NCBI GenBank assembly: GCA_046351595.1
Contig: JAXLYE010000001.1
Span: 455,955-519,954 of the forward strand
DNA length: 64,000 nucleotides
Reading direction: 5' to 3'
DNA from: Polyangia bacterium
GTDB lineage: Bacteria; Myxococcota_A; Polyangia; Palsa-1104; JAEUJZ01
Numbering within the stretch: the first letter of the stretch is position 1; each line of letters starts with the position of its first letter. Below are positions 18,563 to 33,062 of this stretch, piece after piece. The notes under the pieces were generated by a model. It was not told the DNA's origin. It made no database searches and saw nothing but the letters and a program-made list of their open reading frames with translations. Both the position numbers and the translations under genes were made by a program.

Positions 18563-19281
18563 CCGCGGCGCCTCCTTACGGCTCCGGCGGACTCCTGGGC
18601 GCGGTCTGTCAGGAGAGCTCCTAATGCGGATTCCTAAAGTGAAAGGAATCTGGCTTGTGAGAAAAAAAGTGAACCTCAGCCAGAGAATCCTCCTGGCGCC
18701 GGAACGCGAGCGAGGCCATATATGAATCAAGCGACCGATGCTGATTCTGACCGAGAGGAGAGACGAGAAATCGTCAGCCGGTACAGACCAAGTATCGCAG
18801 GCACTGGACGCGAACAGAAGCTCAAGCGGAAGGCCGAGACAGACGTCGAAGGCAGAAGCGTAAGGCAGAAGTTCAAGGACAGGGCTTGGGAACGAAGCCT
18901 GAAACGGTCCGAAGGACAGGACAGTAAAGGTCGCGACTCTCTACTCCTCGCCGAGAGGTGGGGAGGCAGGGGTCCCGAGCATGACCCTGACCGGGCAAGT
19001 AGATCTGAAAGCAGGAAGACAGGGACTGTGAGTGTCCGATTGTACGAGACGTACTTGGTACGAGGCGTACAGGGGAGTGTCGCAGGACAGGTCTGAGAGC
19101 AGACAGAGATACGAATTGCAACGGTCGAGGTCATGCTCGGGACCCCTGCATGTGCTCGAGCGGTCCCGCGCGGCCTGGGCCCTGCCTCTTTGGAACCTCG
19201 TCGCAGCTCGTGGGGCGCCGTACTTAGGCGATGAGGCAGGCCGAGGGCTGTTATGATAGCGGCCTCGAAGGAGGCCTCCTC
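18563..19281. other. ~720-bp non-coding island of atypical composition (lower GC, A+G-rich on + strand)
   Basis: No ORF here has host-like GC3. The region shows purine-rich runs (gaaggcagaagcgtaaggcagaag, aggacaggacag). It also contains small hairpins GATTCCT-aaagtgaa-AGGAATC (18640s), GTACG-aga-CGTAC and GTACG-agg-CGTAC (19040s-19060s). Confidence 0.6.
19261..19280 (+). promoter_or_regulatory. SD-containing palindrome GGCCTCgaagGAGGCC / AGGAGGCCTCCT immediately before the P450 ATG
   Basis: The hairpin GGCCTC-gaag-GAGGCC includes the GGAGG Shine-Dalgarno. The ATG is at 19282. Confidence 0.35.
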
Positions 19282-20550
<1,269 letters not shown>

Positions 20551-21184
20551 CGATCCGCGCCCCGCGACCCGCGCCGCGGCCCGCAAGGCGGATCGATTCA
20601 CGCGCCCGCGCCGCTCGAGCAGGACGTTCTGCGGCTTGAGGTCGCGGTGGATGATGCCGAGCAGGTGGGCGGCGTGCACGGCGCGGGCGGTGCTGCGCAC
20701 GACCTCGACCTTCTCGAGCAGGGACAGGTGCGGGGCGGCCTCGCCGAGCGGCATGCCGTCGACGAACTGCATGGCGATGTAGGCCTTGCCGTTGACCTCA
20801 CCGACCTCGTAGACCTTGCAGATGCCGGGGTGGTTCAGGCGAGCCTGGGCGCGCGCCTCCTGCAAGAAGCGCATGACCAGGTTGGGATCGCCGCCGCGGA
20901 TGAACTTGAGGGCGACGATGCGACCGAGCTGCCGGTCGCGCGCCTTGTAGACCGCGCCCATGCCGCCCTGGCCGAGCAGCTTGATGAACTCGTAGCGCGC
21001 CCAGTTCTCGACGGGAAACGCGGCGGCACCGAGTGAGACGCGGGCCACCAGCCCGGGGTGCATGGCGTCCGACGGGAGCGAGGACAGGCCCTGCGCCCCG
21101 AGCACGGTCTCGCTGAGCGACTCCGCAAACGGCCCGTCCATCGCCGAGTTCCCGTCGAGGGTCTCGCCCAGCGAGGGCGCCAGC

Positions 21185-21220
21185 GGCGTGCGCGGCGTTC
21201 GTGGCGTTCGCGGCGTTCGA
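21185..21220. repeat. 9-bp tandem repeat (GGCGTTCGY) x4, encodes RTPRTPRTP on the - strand
   Basis: Seen directly, within the N-terminal region of the truncated kinase. Confidence 0.85.
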
Positions 21221-21460
21221 TCCAGGGTGTCGCTGAGCGAGGCGTCGAACGGTCCGCGCGCCCCGGGCCCGCTGTCGAGGGTGCGCTCGGGCGAGCGGGC
21301 GCTGGGGCCGGGCGGCATGCTCGCCAGCGTCTCGCACAGCGCCGGGTTCGAGGCGCCGGGCCGGCGGCCGGTGCGCGCGACCGCGGCGCTGTCGGGCAGG
21401 GTCGTCGAGCTGCCGTCCAGGGTGTCGCCCAGCACCGGATCCGATCGGCTGCCCCCGGGC

Positions 21461-21550
21461 GCCTGACCGCCTGACGCCTGACCGCCTGACGCCTGACCGC
21501 CTGACGCCTGACCGGCAGACGACCGACCGGCAGACGACCGACCGCCGGGC
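21461..21550. repeat. 15-bp tandem repeat (GCCTGACCGCCTGAC x3 plus 3 diverged units)
   Basis: Encodes SSAGRSSAGQASGGQASGGQASGGQ on the - strand. Confidence 0.9.
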
Positions 21551-21665
21551 GACGGATCGCTGGGCGACCGATCGGACGATCGGGAAGAGGCCATCGCCCT
21601 ATGATATAGGCAACGTTCCCATCCTCGCGCTGCGTCGTACACTCGAGGGGGACTTGTCACACCCC

Positions 21666-22370
21666 ATGGAGCCGCTGCCGATCCTGCTTCTGGGCTGCAT
21701 CGCCGGGCTGTCGCTGTCGATGCGCGGCCTGTGGCGGCGCCGCCGCGCGCGTGACCGCGACGAGCCGCGGCTGCCGGAGCCGAGCGAGCTCACGGAGCTC
21801 GGGCGCGGCGACGTCATCCAATACGACGCGCACTACGACGGGCAAGCCGAGGCGCGGCCCGAGGCGCGGCGCGGCGGTCCGGGCGGTCACGAGCAGCTCG
21901 TCAGCGTCGCGCTGCGGCTGAGCGGCGCCGGCCCCTTCCGCACGCTGTGCCTGCTCGAGGGCGGACCGGCGCCGGGGCTGCTGCTCGTCGCCGAGCGCGG
22001 CACCGAGGGCGATCCGGCGTGGCTCCTTTCGGCGCTGCCCGAGCGCCGAAAGGAGCTCGCGCTGCCCGGCGGGGCCGCGACCGAGTCGCTGGAGCACGCG
22101 GGCCTGCGCTACCGCCTGATCGGCAACTACCAGGTGCTGGCGCGCGCCGTGACCGAGCGCCAGCCGCGCGAGCGACCGGGCCCGCCCGCGACGAGCAGCG
22201 AGCCGCTGGTGCTGCTCATGTACCGCGGCCCCGGCGCGCTGCGGCTCCTGGTGACGCGCTGGCAGGGCGAGCCGGGCGCGCTGCTCTACGCAGGCGAGGC
22301 GGTGGAGCCGCGGCAGCTCACGGTGCTGCGCACGAGCCCCGGCCGCCCGGACCCGATCAGCGGTCGCTGA
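21666..22370 (+). CDS. hypothetical membrane-anchored protein
   Basis: ATG 21666 opens MEPLPILLLGCIAGLSLSM (TM) followed by an RRRRAR stop-transfer. GC3 is high throughout. I recognise no confident domain; the layout is loosely DUF4178-like. Confidence 0.55.
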   Translation: MEPLPILLLGCIAGLSLSMRGLWRRRRARDRDEPRLPEPSELTELGRGDVIQYDAHYDGQAEARPEARRGGPGGHEQLVSVALRLSGAGPFRTLCLLEGGPAPGLLLVAERGTEGDPAWLLSALPERRKELALPGGAATESLEHAGLRYRLIGNYQVLARAVTERQPRERPGPPATSSEPLVLLMYRGPGALRLLVTRWQGEPGALLYAGEAVEPRQLTVLRTSPGRPDPISGR

Positions 22371-22809
22371 CGCGGATCGCGGGGAAGCGGGCGCCGCGCA
22401 GCGTGTCGAGCGTGCGGATCACGCGCTCGTACGGCACGCGATCGTCGGCCTGCACGGTGATGTCATCGGTGCGCGGGTGCTGCTCCTTGACCTGCTTCAA
22501 GAGCGCCGCGAGCTCGACGAAGCCGGCGCCGCCCGCCGGCGCGCTCACCGGCAGCTGCTCGCCCGTCGACTTGCGCAGCAGGAAGCCATCGCCGCGGACC
22601 TCGAGGGTGAGCTGCACCTCGGGCGGATCGCCGGCCTCGCCGCCGCCGCCGCCGCGGCTGACCGGCAGGGACGCGAGCTGCGTCCACACCGCGGTGATCA
22701 GCAGGAACGAGATGCAGCACGACAAGAGGTCGATGAACGGCACCAGGTTGATCGCGGCGTCCAGGGCCTTGCGGCCTCCCTTCGTCGGTACGGACATTCC
22801 CCCAGCCAT
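22357..22809 (-). CDS. ExbD/TolR family biopolymer transport protein
   Basis: ATG 22809 opens MAGGMSVPTKGGRKALDAAINLVPFIDLLSCCISFLLITAVW. The C-terminus reads DDITVQADDRVPYERVIRTLDTL. The track start 22986 is spurious and merely translates the repeat array. Confidence 0.85.
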   Translation of the reverse strand: MAGGMSVPTKGGRKALDAAINLVPFIDLLSCCISFLLITAVWTQLASLPVSRGGGGGEAGDPPEVQLTLEVRGDGFLLRKSTGEQLPVSAPAGGAGFVELAALLKQVKEQHPRTDDITVQADDRVPYERVIRTLDTLRGARFPAIRVSDR

Positions 22810-22883
22810 GGCGTGACTCCTTTCGCTGTGACAGCACCAAGAGCAGCGGACAGATCTCTCCCAGAGCCCGAAGACCTTCCGAA

Positions 22884-22975
22884 AGGACTCCGGGCAGACT
22901 CCGTCCAGAGTCCTTGCATACTCCGGACATACTCCGGACATACTCTGCCCAGACTCCCGACAGGCTCCGGACAGG
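22884..22975. repeat. eight strictly 11-bp-phased repeats (core ACTCC / GGAGT)
   Basis: ACTCC-like cores begin at 22887, 22898, 22909, 22920, 22931, 22942, 22953 and 22964. The array lies 75-165 nt upstream of the exbD ATG. Confidence 0.85.
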
Positions 22976-23313
22976 AGGCTCCCCAAGGATTCCTAGAGCT
23001 CGCGCCAGACCCCTCGCGGACTGCGAGCACGCGGCCGCGCCCGATCTCACGCTCTAGCGCCCTGGCGCCCTCGCGCCGAGCGCCCTCCATCCCGACGAGC
23101 GCCGGACCGTGTCTGCCGACTGCAAGAGCAACCGCAGTGCCACGAGCCGCGAGCGCACCACGCTCTCGACGGAGAGAGCGTGTCGAGGCGGCAGGCAGAA
23201 GCGGCGCGGACAGCGCCCGCGTGTCGCCCTGTGCAACAGCACCGTGGCGGAATGCCACGATCGCCGGAGTCAGGACCCTGTGAACAGAAGGGAGGAAGGG
23301 AAGCGGGTGCGGA

Positions 23314-24396
<1,083 letters not shown>

Positions 24397-24426
24397 GAGG
24401 GGGCAGGCGGGGTGCGGGGGCGGCGG

Positions 24427-24912
24427 TTACTTGGCGGCCTTGGGCGGACGATCGGCCTTCTTGGCCTCGGGCTTGCCTTCGGGCTTGCCCTTCGGCTCGC
24501 CCTTGGGCTTCTGCTCGCCCTTGGACTCGGCCTTCACCTCGGGCTTGGCCTCGGGGGCCTTGCCCTGGGGCTTGTCGGCCTTGTCGCCCTTATCGGCCTT
24601 CTCGGGGCGCGCCTGCTTCTCGGCGGGCTTCTCGGCGCGCTCGGGCGCGGCCGGGCGCGGCTCCTTGTCGTTCTTGGGCGTCTTGTTGCCCTCGGTCGAG
24701 ACCGCGCCGGGCTTGAGCTGGTAGCGCTTCTGGAAGCGCTCGATGCGGCCGGCGCTGTCGAGCAGCTTCTGGCGGCCGGTATAGAACGGGTGGCACTTGC
24801 CGCAGATTTCGACGGAGAAGGAGCCGCGCGTCGACGCGGTCTCGTACGTGGCGCCGCAAGCGCAGGTGATGGTCGCGAGTTCGTACTTGGGGTGGATGCC
24901 AGCTCTGGCCAT
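24427..24912 (-). CDS. rpmE: 50S ribosomal protein L31 (Zn-ribbon type) with a long Lys/Pro/Glu/Ala-rich C-terminal extension
   Basis: The L31 core is [20 protein letters not shown]...[31 protein letters not shown]. About 90 further aa of KPEAK-type low complexity follow, using host-preferred codons. Confidence 0.9.
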   Translation of the reverse strand: MARAGIHPKYELATITCACGATYETASTRGSFSVEICGKCHPFYTGRQKLLDSAGRIERFQKRYQLKPGAVSTEGNKTPKNDKEPRPAAPERAEKPAEKQARPEKADKGDKADKPQGKAPEAKPEVKAESKGEQKPKGEPKGKPEGKPEAKKADRPPKAAK

Positions 24913-25032
24913 TTGAGATCTTCCCGTTGCTCGTTGAGCCGTTACGTCGTTGGGCTGGTTGGGTGGTTGCGGTGCTGGGAGTCTGCGGTCGCGGCCGCAA
25001 ACCGGCCTCAGCCCAGAACAATAGGATTGCTT

Positions 25033-25061
25033 TACTTATCTTCTCTTCGCCCTGCGGACAA
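25033..25061 (-). promoter_or_regulatory. candidate sigma70-type promoter for rpmE-prfA (TTGTCC-17 nt-TAAGTA)
   Basis: On the - strand, TTGTCC (25061-25056) and TAAGTA (25038-25033) are separated by a 17-nt spacer, about 120 nt upstream of the rpmE ATG. Confidence 0.3.
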
Positions 25062-25111
25062 GCCCTGTTTTTGGGGAAGCCCCAGCTAGATCGGCCCAGC
25101 GCCTCGGTTTT

Positions 25112-29278
<4,167 letters not shown>

Positions 29279-29428
29279 TTTCCGTTTCCTTGGCCGTTTG
29301 GCTTGGGCGGTCGGCTTGGCCAATCGGTCTGGCTGTGTCGTGCGGCAGCATGCCTGAGCCGCGTGCCGGTTGCCCGCCCGGTTGTCTGCCCGGTTCGTCC
29401 AGCCGCTGCCTGGCAGACGGCCGCGGGC

Positions 29429-30151
29429 TCAGGCCGGCGCCGGCCGGTCGCCCAGGTGGAGGACCGAGTTTGCAACCATTTTTCCGTCGGGTGACACCAG
29501 GAACGAGAGGAACTCGCCGATCTCCTCGGCGGTCAGCCACTGCGGCTTGGCGTAGGCGCTGCGCGACCGGGTCGCGACCATGCCGAACATCACCTGATTG
29601 ATACGCACGCGCGTCTCTTTCAGCTCCTCGAACAGCACGCGCGCCAGCATCAGCTGCGCCGCCGAGTTCACGCACACCGGGCCGTACTTCCCGATCGGCA
29701 GCACCGCGGACAGCCCGCCGAGCAGCGTATAGCTGGTGCCGCTGCGCTCGATCAGCGTCGGCAGGAAGGCGCGCGCGCAGGCGTAGTGGGCGTTGAGGTT
29801 GTTGTCCTGGAACTCGCGCCACACCTCGGGCGGCGCGCCGAGCAGCGTCTGCCGCCCCTCGTACGTGCCGCCGAGCGACGCGATCACCGCATCGAGCGGC
29901 CCCACCTGCCGCGTGATCTCGTCGCGCAGCGCCTCGGCCCCGGCCGGCGTGCCGAGGTCGCCGACCAGCGTCAGCAGGCCGCCCGCGCCGTCGTCCCCGA
30001 CCCGGCCGCGCAGCTGCGCCAGCCGCTCGGCCGAGCGCGAGGGCACGACCACCTTTGCCCCGGCGCGCAGGAATACGCGCACGATCCCTTCGCCTACGGT
30101 GCCGGTGCCTCCGGCGACCAGGCACACCATGCCGCTCAGCTTCCCCGCCAT
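29429..30151 (-). CDS. SDR-family oxidoreductase
   Basis: ATG 30151 has GGGAG upstream. The Rossmann motif is VCLVAGGTGTVGEG. Confidence 0.8.
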   Translation of the reverse strand: MAGKLSGMVCLVAGGTGTVGEGIVRVFLRAGAKVVVPSRSAERLAQLRGRVGDDGAGGLLTLVGDLGTPAGAEALRDEITRQVGPLDAVIASLGGTYEGRQTLLGAPPEVWREFQDNNLNAHYACARAFLPTLIERSGTSYTLLGGLSAVLPIGKYGPVCVNSAAQLMLARVLFEELKETRVRINQVMFGMVATRSRSAYAKPQWLTAEEIGEFLSFLVSPDGKMVANSVLHLGDRPAPA

Positions 30152-30171
30152 CTTGCTCCCTCTCATCCTCT

Positions 30172-30230
30172 CTGGTCGGTCTGGGCCGGTCTGGCCCGTT
30201 CTGGGCCTCGCTGGCCTCGTCTCGCCGGTG
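30172..30230. repeat. six ~10-bp phased repeats CTGGSCCKKT
   Basis: Units are ctggtcggt, ctgggccggt, ctggcccgtt, ctgggcctcg, ctggcctcgt and ctcgccggtg, in the divergent promoter region. Confidence 0.8.
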
Positions 30231-30253
30231 CCTGACCGCTCGGATCCGAACCG

Positions 30254-30307
30254 CTCTACGCTCTCCGCGATCTCTACGCTCTCCGCGATCTCTACGCTCT
30301 GGTCGCT
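30254..30307. repeat. 18-bp tandem repeat CTCTACGCTCTCCGCGAT x2 plus a diverged third unit
   Basis: Seen directly, in the same intergenic region between the SDR gene (-) and the cNMP-binding gene (+). Confidence 0.9.
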
Positions 30308-30492
30308 CTAGCCGATCTCTGAATACGCCGTCCGGTTCCTGTAGATCCTCCGGGTCCTGGGAATCCGCGCGCTCCGTCCGCTCCGCGGGCAGCTGCCGCT
30401 CCCTCGGTCCGTGCCACACCGGCTGGTCCTGATTGTCTTCGCTCTGCATGCCCGGTGAAAATAGCGGCGAGGGTCAAGAGGGGAAGATTCGG

Positions 30493-30963
30493 ATGGACTT
30501 CACACTGCTCCGTCAGATCAAGCTGTTCCGCGGCCTCGACTCGGTGCAGATCTCGCATCTGGCGACGATCATGGAAGAGCGCCAGGTCGCCAAGAACACC
30601 GTGCTGTTCCGCGAGAACGATCCTGCGGAGCACTTCTACATCATCGCGACCGGCCGCGTCCGCATCTCGAAGATTGTCCCGGGCGCCGGCGAGGAGGCGC
30701 TCGCGATCCTCGACGCTGGCACGTACTTCGGCGAGATGGAGATGCTCGATCAGGTGGGCCCGGCGGTGCCGCGCGCCGCCCAGGCCATCGCGCACGAGAA
30801 GTGCACGCTGCTCATCATCCGCTACAGCGACTTCCGCCAGCTGCTGCAGTCCGATCTCGAGCTGGCCAACGCGTTCCTGTGGAACATGGTCCGCACCCTG
30901 TCCGAGCGCCTGCGCGCGACAAACGACAAGGTAACGGCGATGTTCGCGCTCGCGCAGTTTTGA
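30493..30963 (+). CDS. stand-alone cyclic-nucleotide-binding (CAP_ED) domain protein
   Basis: ATG 30493 opens MDFTLLRQIKLFRGLD. Motifs are FYIIATGRVRI and GTYFGEMEML...PRAA. No output domain is present. Confidence 0.88.
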   Translation: MDFTLLRQIKLFRGLDSVQISHLATIMEERQVAKNTVLFRENDPAEHFYIIATGRVRISKIVPGAGEEALAILDAGTYFGEMEMLDQVGPAVPRAAQAIAHEKCTLLIIRYSDFRQLLQSDLELANAFLWNMVRTLSERLRATNDKVTAMFALAQF

Positions 30964-30996
30964 AAAACCCGGCGCACGCCGCGGCATACTTGTGCC

Positions 30997-31890
30997 ATGC
31001 AGGATCCGGGCGCGCTGAACCAGGCAGCGGACGAGGCGGCACAGGCGATCGCGCAGGCGGACGCGATCCTCGTCGGGGCCGGGGCGGGGATGGGCGTGGA
31101 CTCGGGGCTGCCCGACTTCCGCGGCGACGCCGGCTTCTGGAAGGCGTACCCACGCTACGCCGAGCTCGGGCTGCGCTTCGCCGAGCTCGCGAACCCGCGC
31201 TGGTTCACAAAGGATCCGGAGCTGGCCTGGGGCTTCTACGGCCACCGCCTGCACCTGTACCGCGAGACGCGGCCGCACCGCGGCTTCGACCTCTTGCGCG
31301 CCTTCGCGTCCGAGCTCGACGACGGGCTGTTCGCGCTGACCTCGAACGTCGACGGCCAGTTCCAGCGCGCCGGCTTCCCGGCCGGGCGGGTCGTCGAGAT
31401 CCACGGCTCGATCCACTTCATGCAGTGCCTCGGCGGCTGCGCGCTCGGCGCCCACCCCGCGGACCCGTACCGCGTCGAGCTCGACGACCGGTCGCTGCGT
31501 GCGCGGCCGCCCCTGCCGAGCTGCCCGCGCTGCGGGGGCCTTATGCGCCCCAACATCCTCATGTTCAACGACAGCGGCTGGGACTCGGCGCGCTCCGACG
31601 CGCAGGAGGCCGAGCTCTCGCGCTGGCTGCACGAGCACGCGCGCCGCGGCAGCCGCTTCGCCGTCATCGAGCTCGGCGCCGGCCGCGCCATCCCGAGCGT
31701 GCGCCGCTTCTGCGCCGGCACCGCGCGCGAGCTGCGGGCGCCGCTGGTCCGCATCAACCCGCGTGAGTCCGACGCCGATCCGTACGAGAGCGGCTACCAG
31801 CACATCGCGCTGCCGACGACAGCGCTCGACGGCCTGCAGCGCATCGCCGCGGTGCTCGCGACCTCGGGCGCGGCCAACCTCGAGACCTAA
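30997..31890 (+). CDS. SIR2-family NAD-dependent protein deacylase
   Basis: Motifs are VGAGAGMGVDSGLPDFRG, TSNVDG, EIHG and the Zn-ribbon cysteines C..GC...CPRCGG, followed by RPNILMFND. The gene starts 34 nt after the cNMP-binding gene. Confidence 0.88.
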   Translation: MQDPGALNQAADEAAQAIAQADAILVGAGAGMGVDSGLPDFRGDAGFWKAYPRYAELGLRFAELANPRWFTKDPELAWGFYGHRLHLYRETRPHRGFDLLRAFASELDDGLFALTSNVDGQFQRAGFPAGRVVEIHGSIHFMQCLGGCALGAHPADPYRVELDDRSLRARPPLPSCPRCGGLMRPNILMFNDSGWDSARSDAQEAELSRWLHEHARRGSRFAVIELGAGRAIPSVRRFCAGTARELRAPLVRINPRESDADPYESGYQHIALPTTALDGLQRIAAVLATSGAANLET

Positions 31891-31940
31891 GAATTCCAAG
31901 CCCTGGCAATCGCGGGCCGGCGCTGTAGTAGGCTGCCGCG

Positions 31941-33035
31941 GTGACGCGATCTGCCCTGCCCTGCCCTGCCCTGAACCGCTCGAGACGCTCGCTGTCCCGG
32001 TCCGCATCCGCGCTCGCGCTGTGCGTGCTCGGCGCGTGCGGCGAGCCGGCCGCCGACATGCCGCCCGCCCCGGACGCGCCCGTCGGCAAGCCCTATCACT
32101 ACCCGCTCGACGAGGTGCTGCGCCTCTCGGACGTCCAGGTCCGCGGCACGCACAACAGCTACCACGTCGACACCAACAACGGCGAGGTGCCGCCGTGGGC
32201 CTATACCCACGCGCCGATCTACGACCAGCTCGATCGCCTCGGCATCCGCCAGATCGAGCTCGACGTCAGCTACGACGACGTCACCGGCCTCGAGGTCGAG
32301 CACGTGGCCACCGTCGATGCCGGCACCCGCTGCCGCCGCTTCAGCGCCTGCCTGGCCGAGCTGCGCCGCTTCTCGGACGCCTTCCCCGGGCACCTGCCGA
32401 TCTACGTCCAGATCGAGCCCAAGAACGCGCCGGCGACCGAGGACATGGAGAAGTACTTCGCGCTGCTCGAGGGCGAGATCCTCGCCGCGCTGCCGCGCTC
32501 GCGCGTGCTCACGCCCGACGAGGTGCAGGCGGGCGCGCCGACGCTGCGGGACGCTCTCCAGGCGGGCGGCTGGCCGACCCTTTCGCGCCTGCGCGGCCGC
32601 CTGCTGTTCGCCTTCGACACCACCGGGCCGATCCGCACCGCCTACACCCACGACAAGCGCGACCTGCGCGGCCGCCTGCTGTTCGTCGACTCGTCGCCCG
32701 AGCAGCCCTTCGCCGGCGTGACGGTCCTGAACGACCCGCGCAGCGACGCCGCCGCCATCTCCAAGGCGCTCACCGGCAACCTGCTGATCCGCACCCGCGC
32801 CGACGCCGACACCGAGGAGGCGCGGGTCAACGATACGCGCCGCGGCGCCGTCGCCCTGGCCTCGGGCGCGCACTTCATCAGCACCGACTTCCCCGAGCCC
32901 ACGCCGGCCTTCGGCTATCGCTTCGAGGTCCCGGGCGGCACGCCGGCGCGCTGCAACCCGCTGACCGCGCCGCCCGCGTGCACGCCGCGCGCGCTGGAAG
33001 ATCCGCAGTTCGTCGGCTCGCCCGCCGCGCCCTGA
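31941..33035 (+). CDS. lipoprotein, Ca-dependent PI-PLC-like phosphodiesterase (PI-PLC-C1 type)
   Basis: GTG 31941 with lipobox ALCVLGACG. GTHNSYH, IELDV and a C-terminal FISTDFPEP are present. Confidence 0.75.
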   Translation: MTRSALPCPALNRSRRSLSRSASALALCVLGACGEPAADMPPAPDAPVGKPYHYPLDEVLRLSDVQVRGTHNSYHVDTNNGEVPPWAYTHAPIYDQLDRLGIRQIELDVSYDDVTGLEVEHVATVDAGTRCRRFSACLAELRRFSDAFPGHLPIYVQIEPKNAPATEDMEKYFALLEGEILAALPRSRVLTPDEVQAGAPTLRDALQAGGWPTLSRLRGRLLFAFDTTGPIRTAYTHDKRDLRGRLLFVDSSPEQPFAGVTVLNDPRSDAAAISKALTGNLLIRTRADADTEEARVNDTRRGAVALASGAHFISTDFPEPTPAFGYRFEVPGGTPARCNPLTAPPACTPRALEDPQFVGSPAAP

Positions 33036-33062
33036 GCGCCGCTGGATCCGCTGCCGGACGCG

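Noticed and set aside
18722-19096. 124-aa ORF (MNQATDADSDREERREIV...) in the low-GC island.
   Set aside because: Its codon usage is unlike all neighbouring genes, it is highly charged and low complexity, and it has no motif. It is kept only as part of the atypical-island finding, not as a gene.
21341-21360. tRNA T-loop-like GGTTCGAGG (and GGATCCGAACC at 30241-30253).
   Set aside because: The flanks cannot form T-stem or acceptor pairing. The first lies inside a coding region and the second inside a repeat-rich promoter gap. I could not support any tRNA.
21461-21550. Possible CRISPR-like arrays (also 13988-14029, 16299-16358, 22884-22975, 30172-30307).
   Set aside because: The units are only 9-18 bp and directly contiguous, with no spacers. 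No cas genes are present. These are minisatellites.
22810-22986. N-terminal extension of the ExbD ORF with repeated SGVCPEY/DGVCPES peptides.
   Set aside because: The peptide repeats merely translate the 11-bp DNA array. The ExbD family sequence begins at ATG 22809.
30997-31890. Sir2 protein as a Thoeris/DSR-type anti-phage NADase effector.
   Set aside because: It retains the canonical sirtuin motifs and the four Zn-ribbon cysteines, and it has typical deacylase size. No associated TIR, helicase or STAND gene is adjacent. The idea is kept only as a lower-probability alternative in the cNMP+SIR2 finding.
33033-33035. TGA as selenocysteine or programmed read-through.
   Set aside because: No SECIS-like stem-loop is evident immediately downstream and nothing in the context suggests a selenoprotein. 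A nonsense mutation or two separate genes is more parsimonious.
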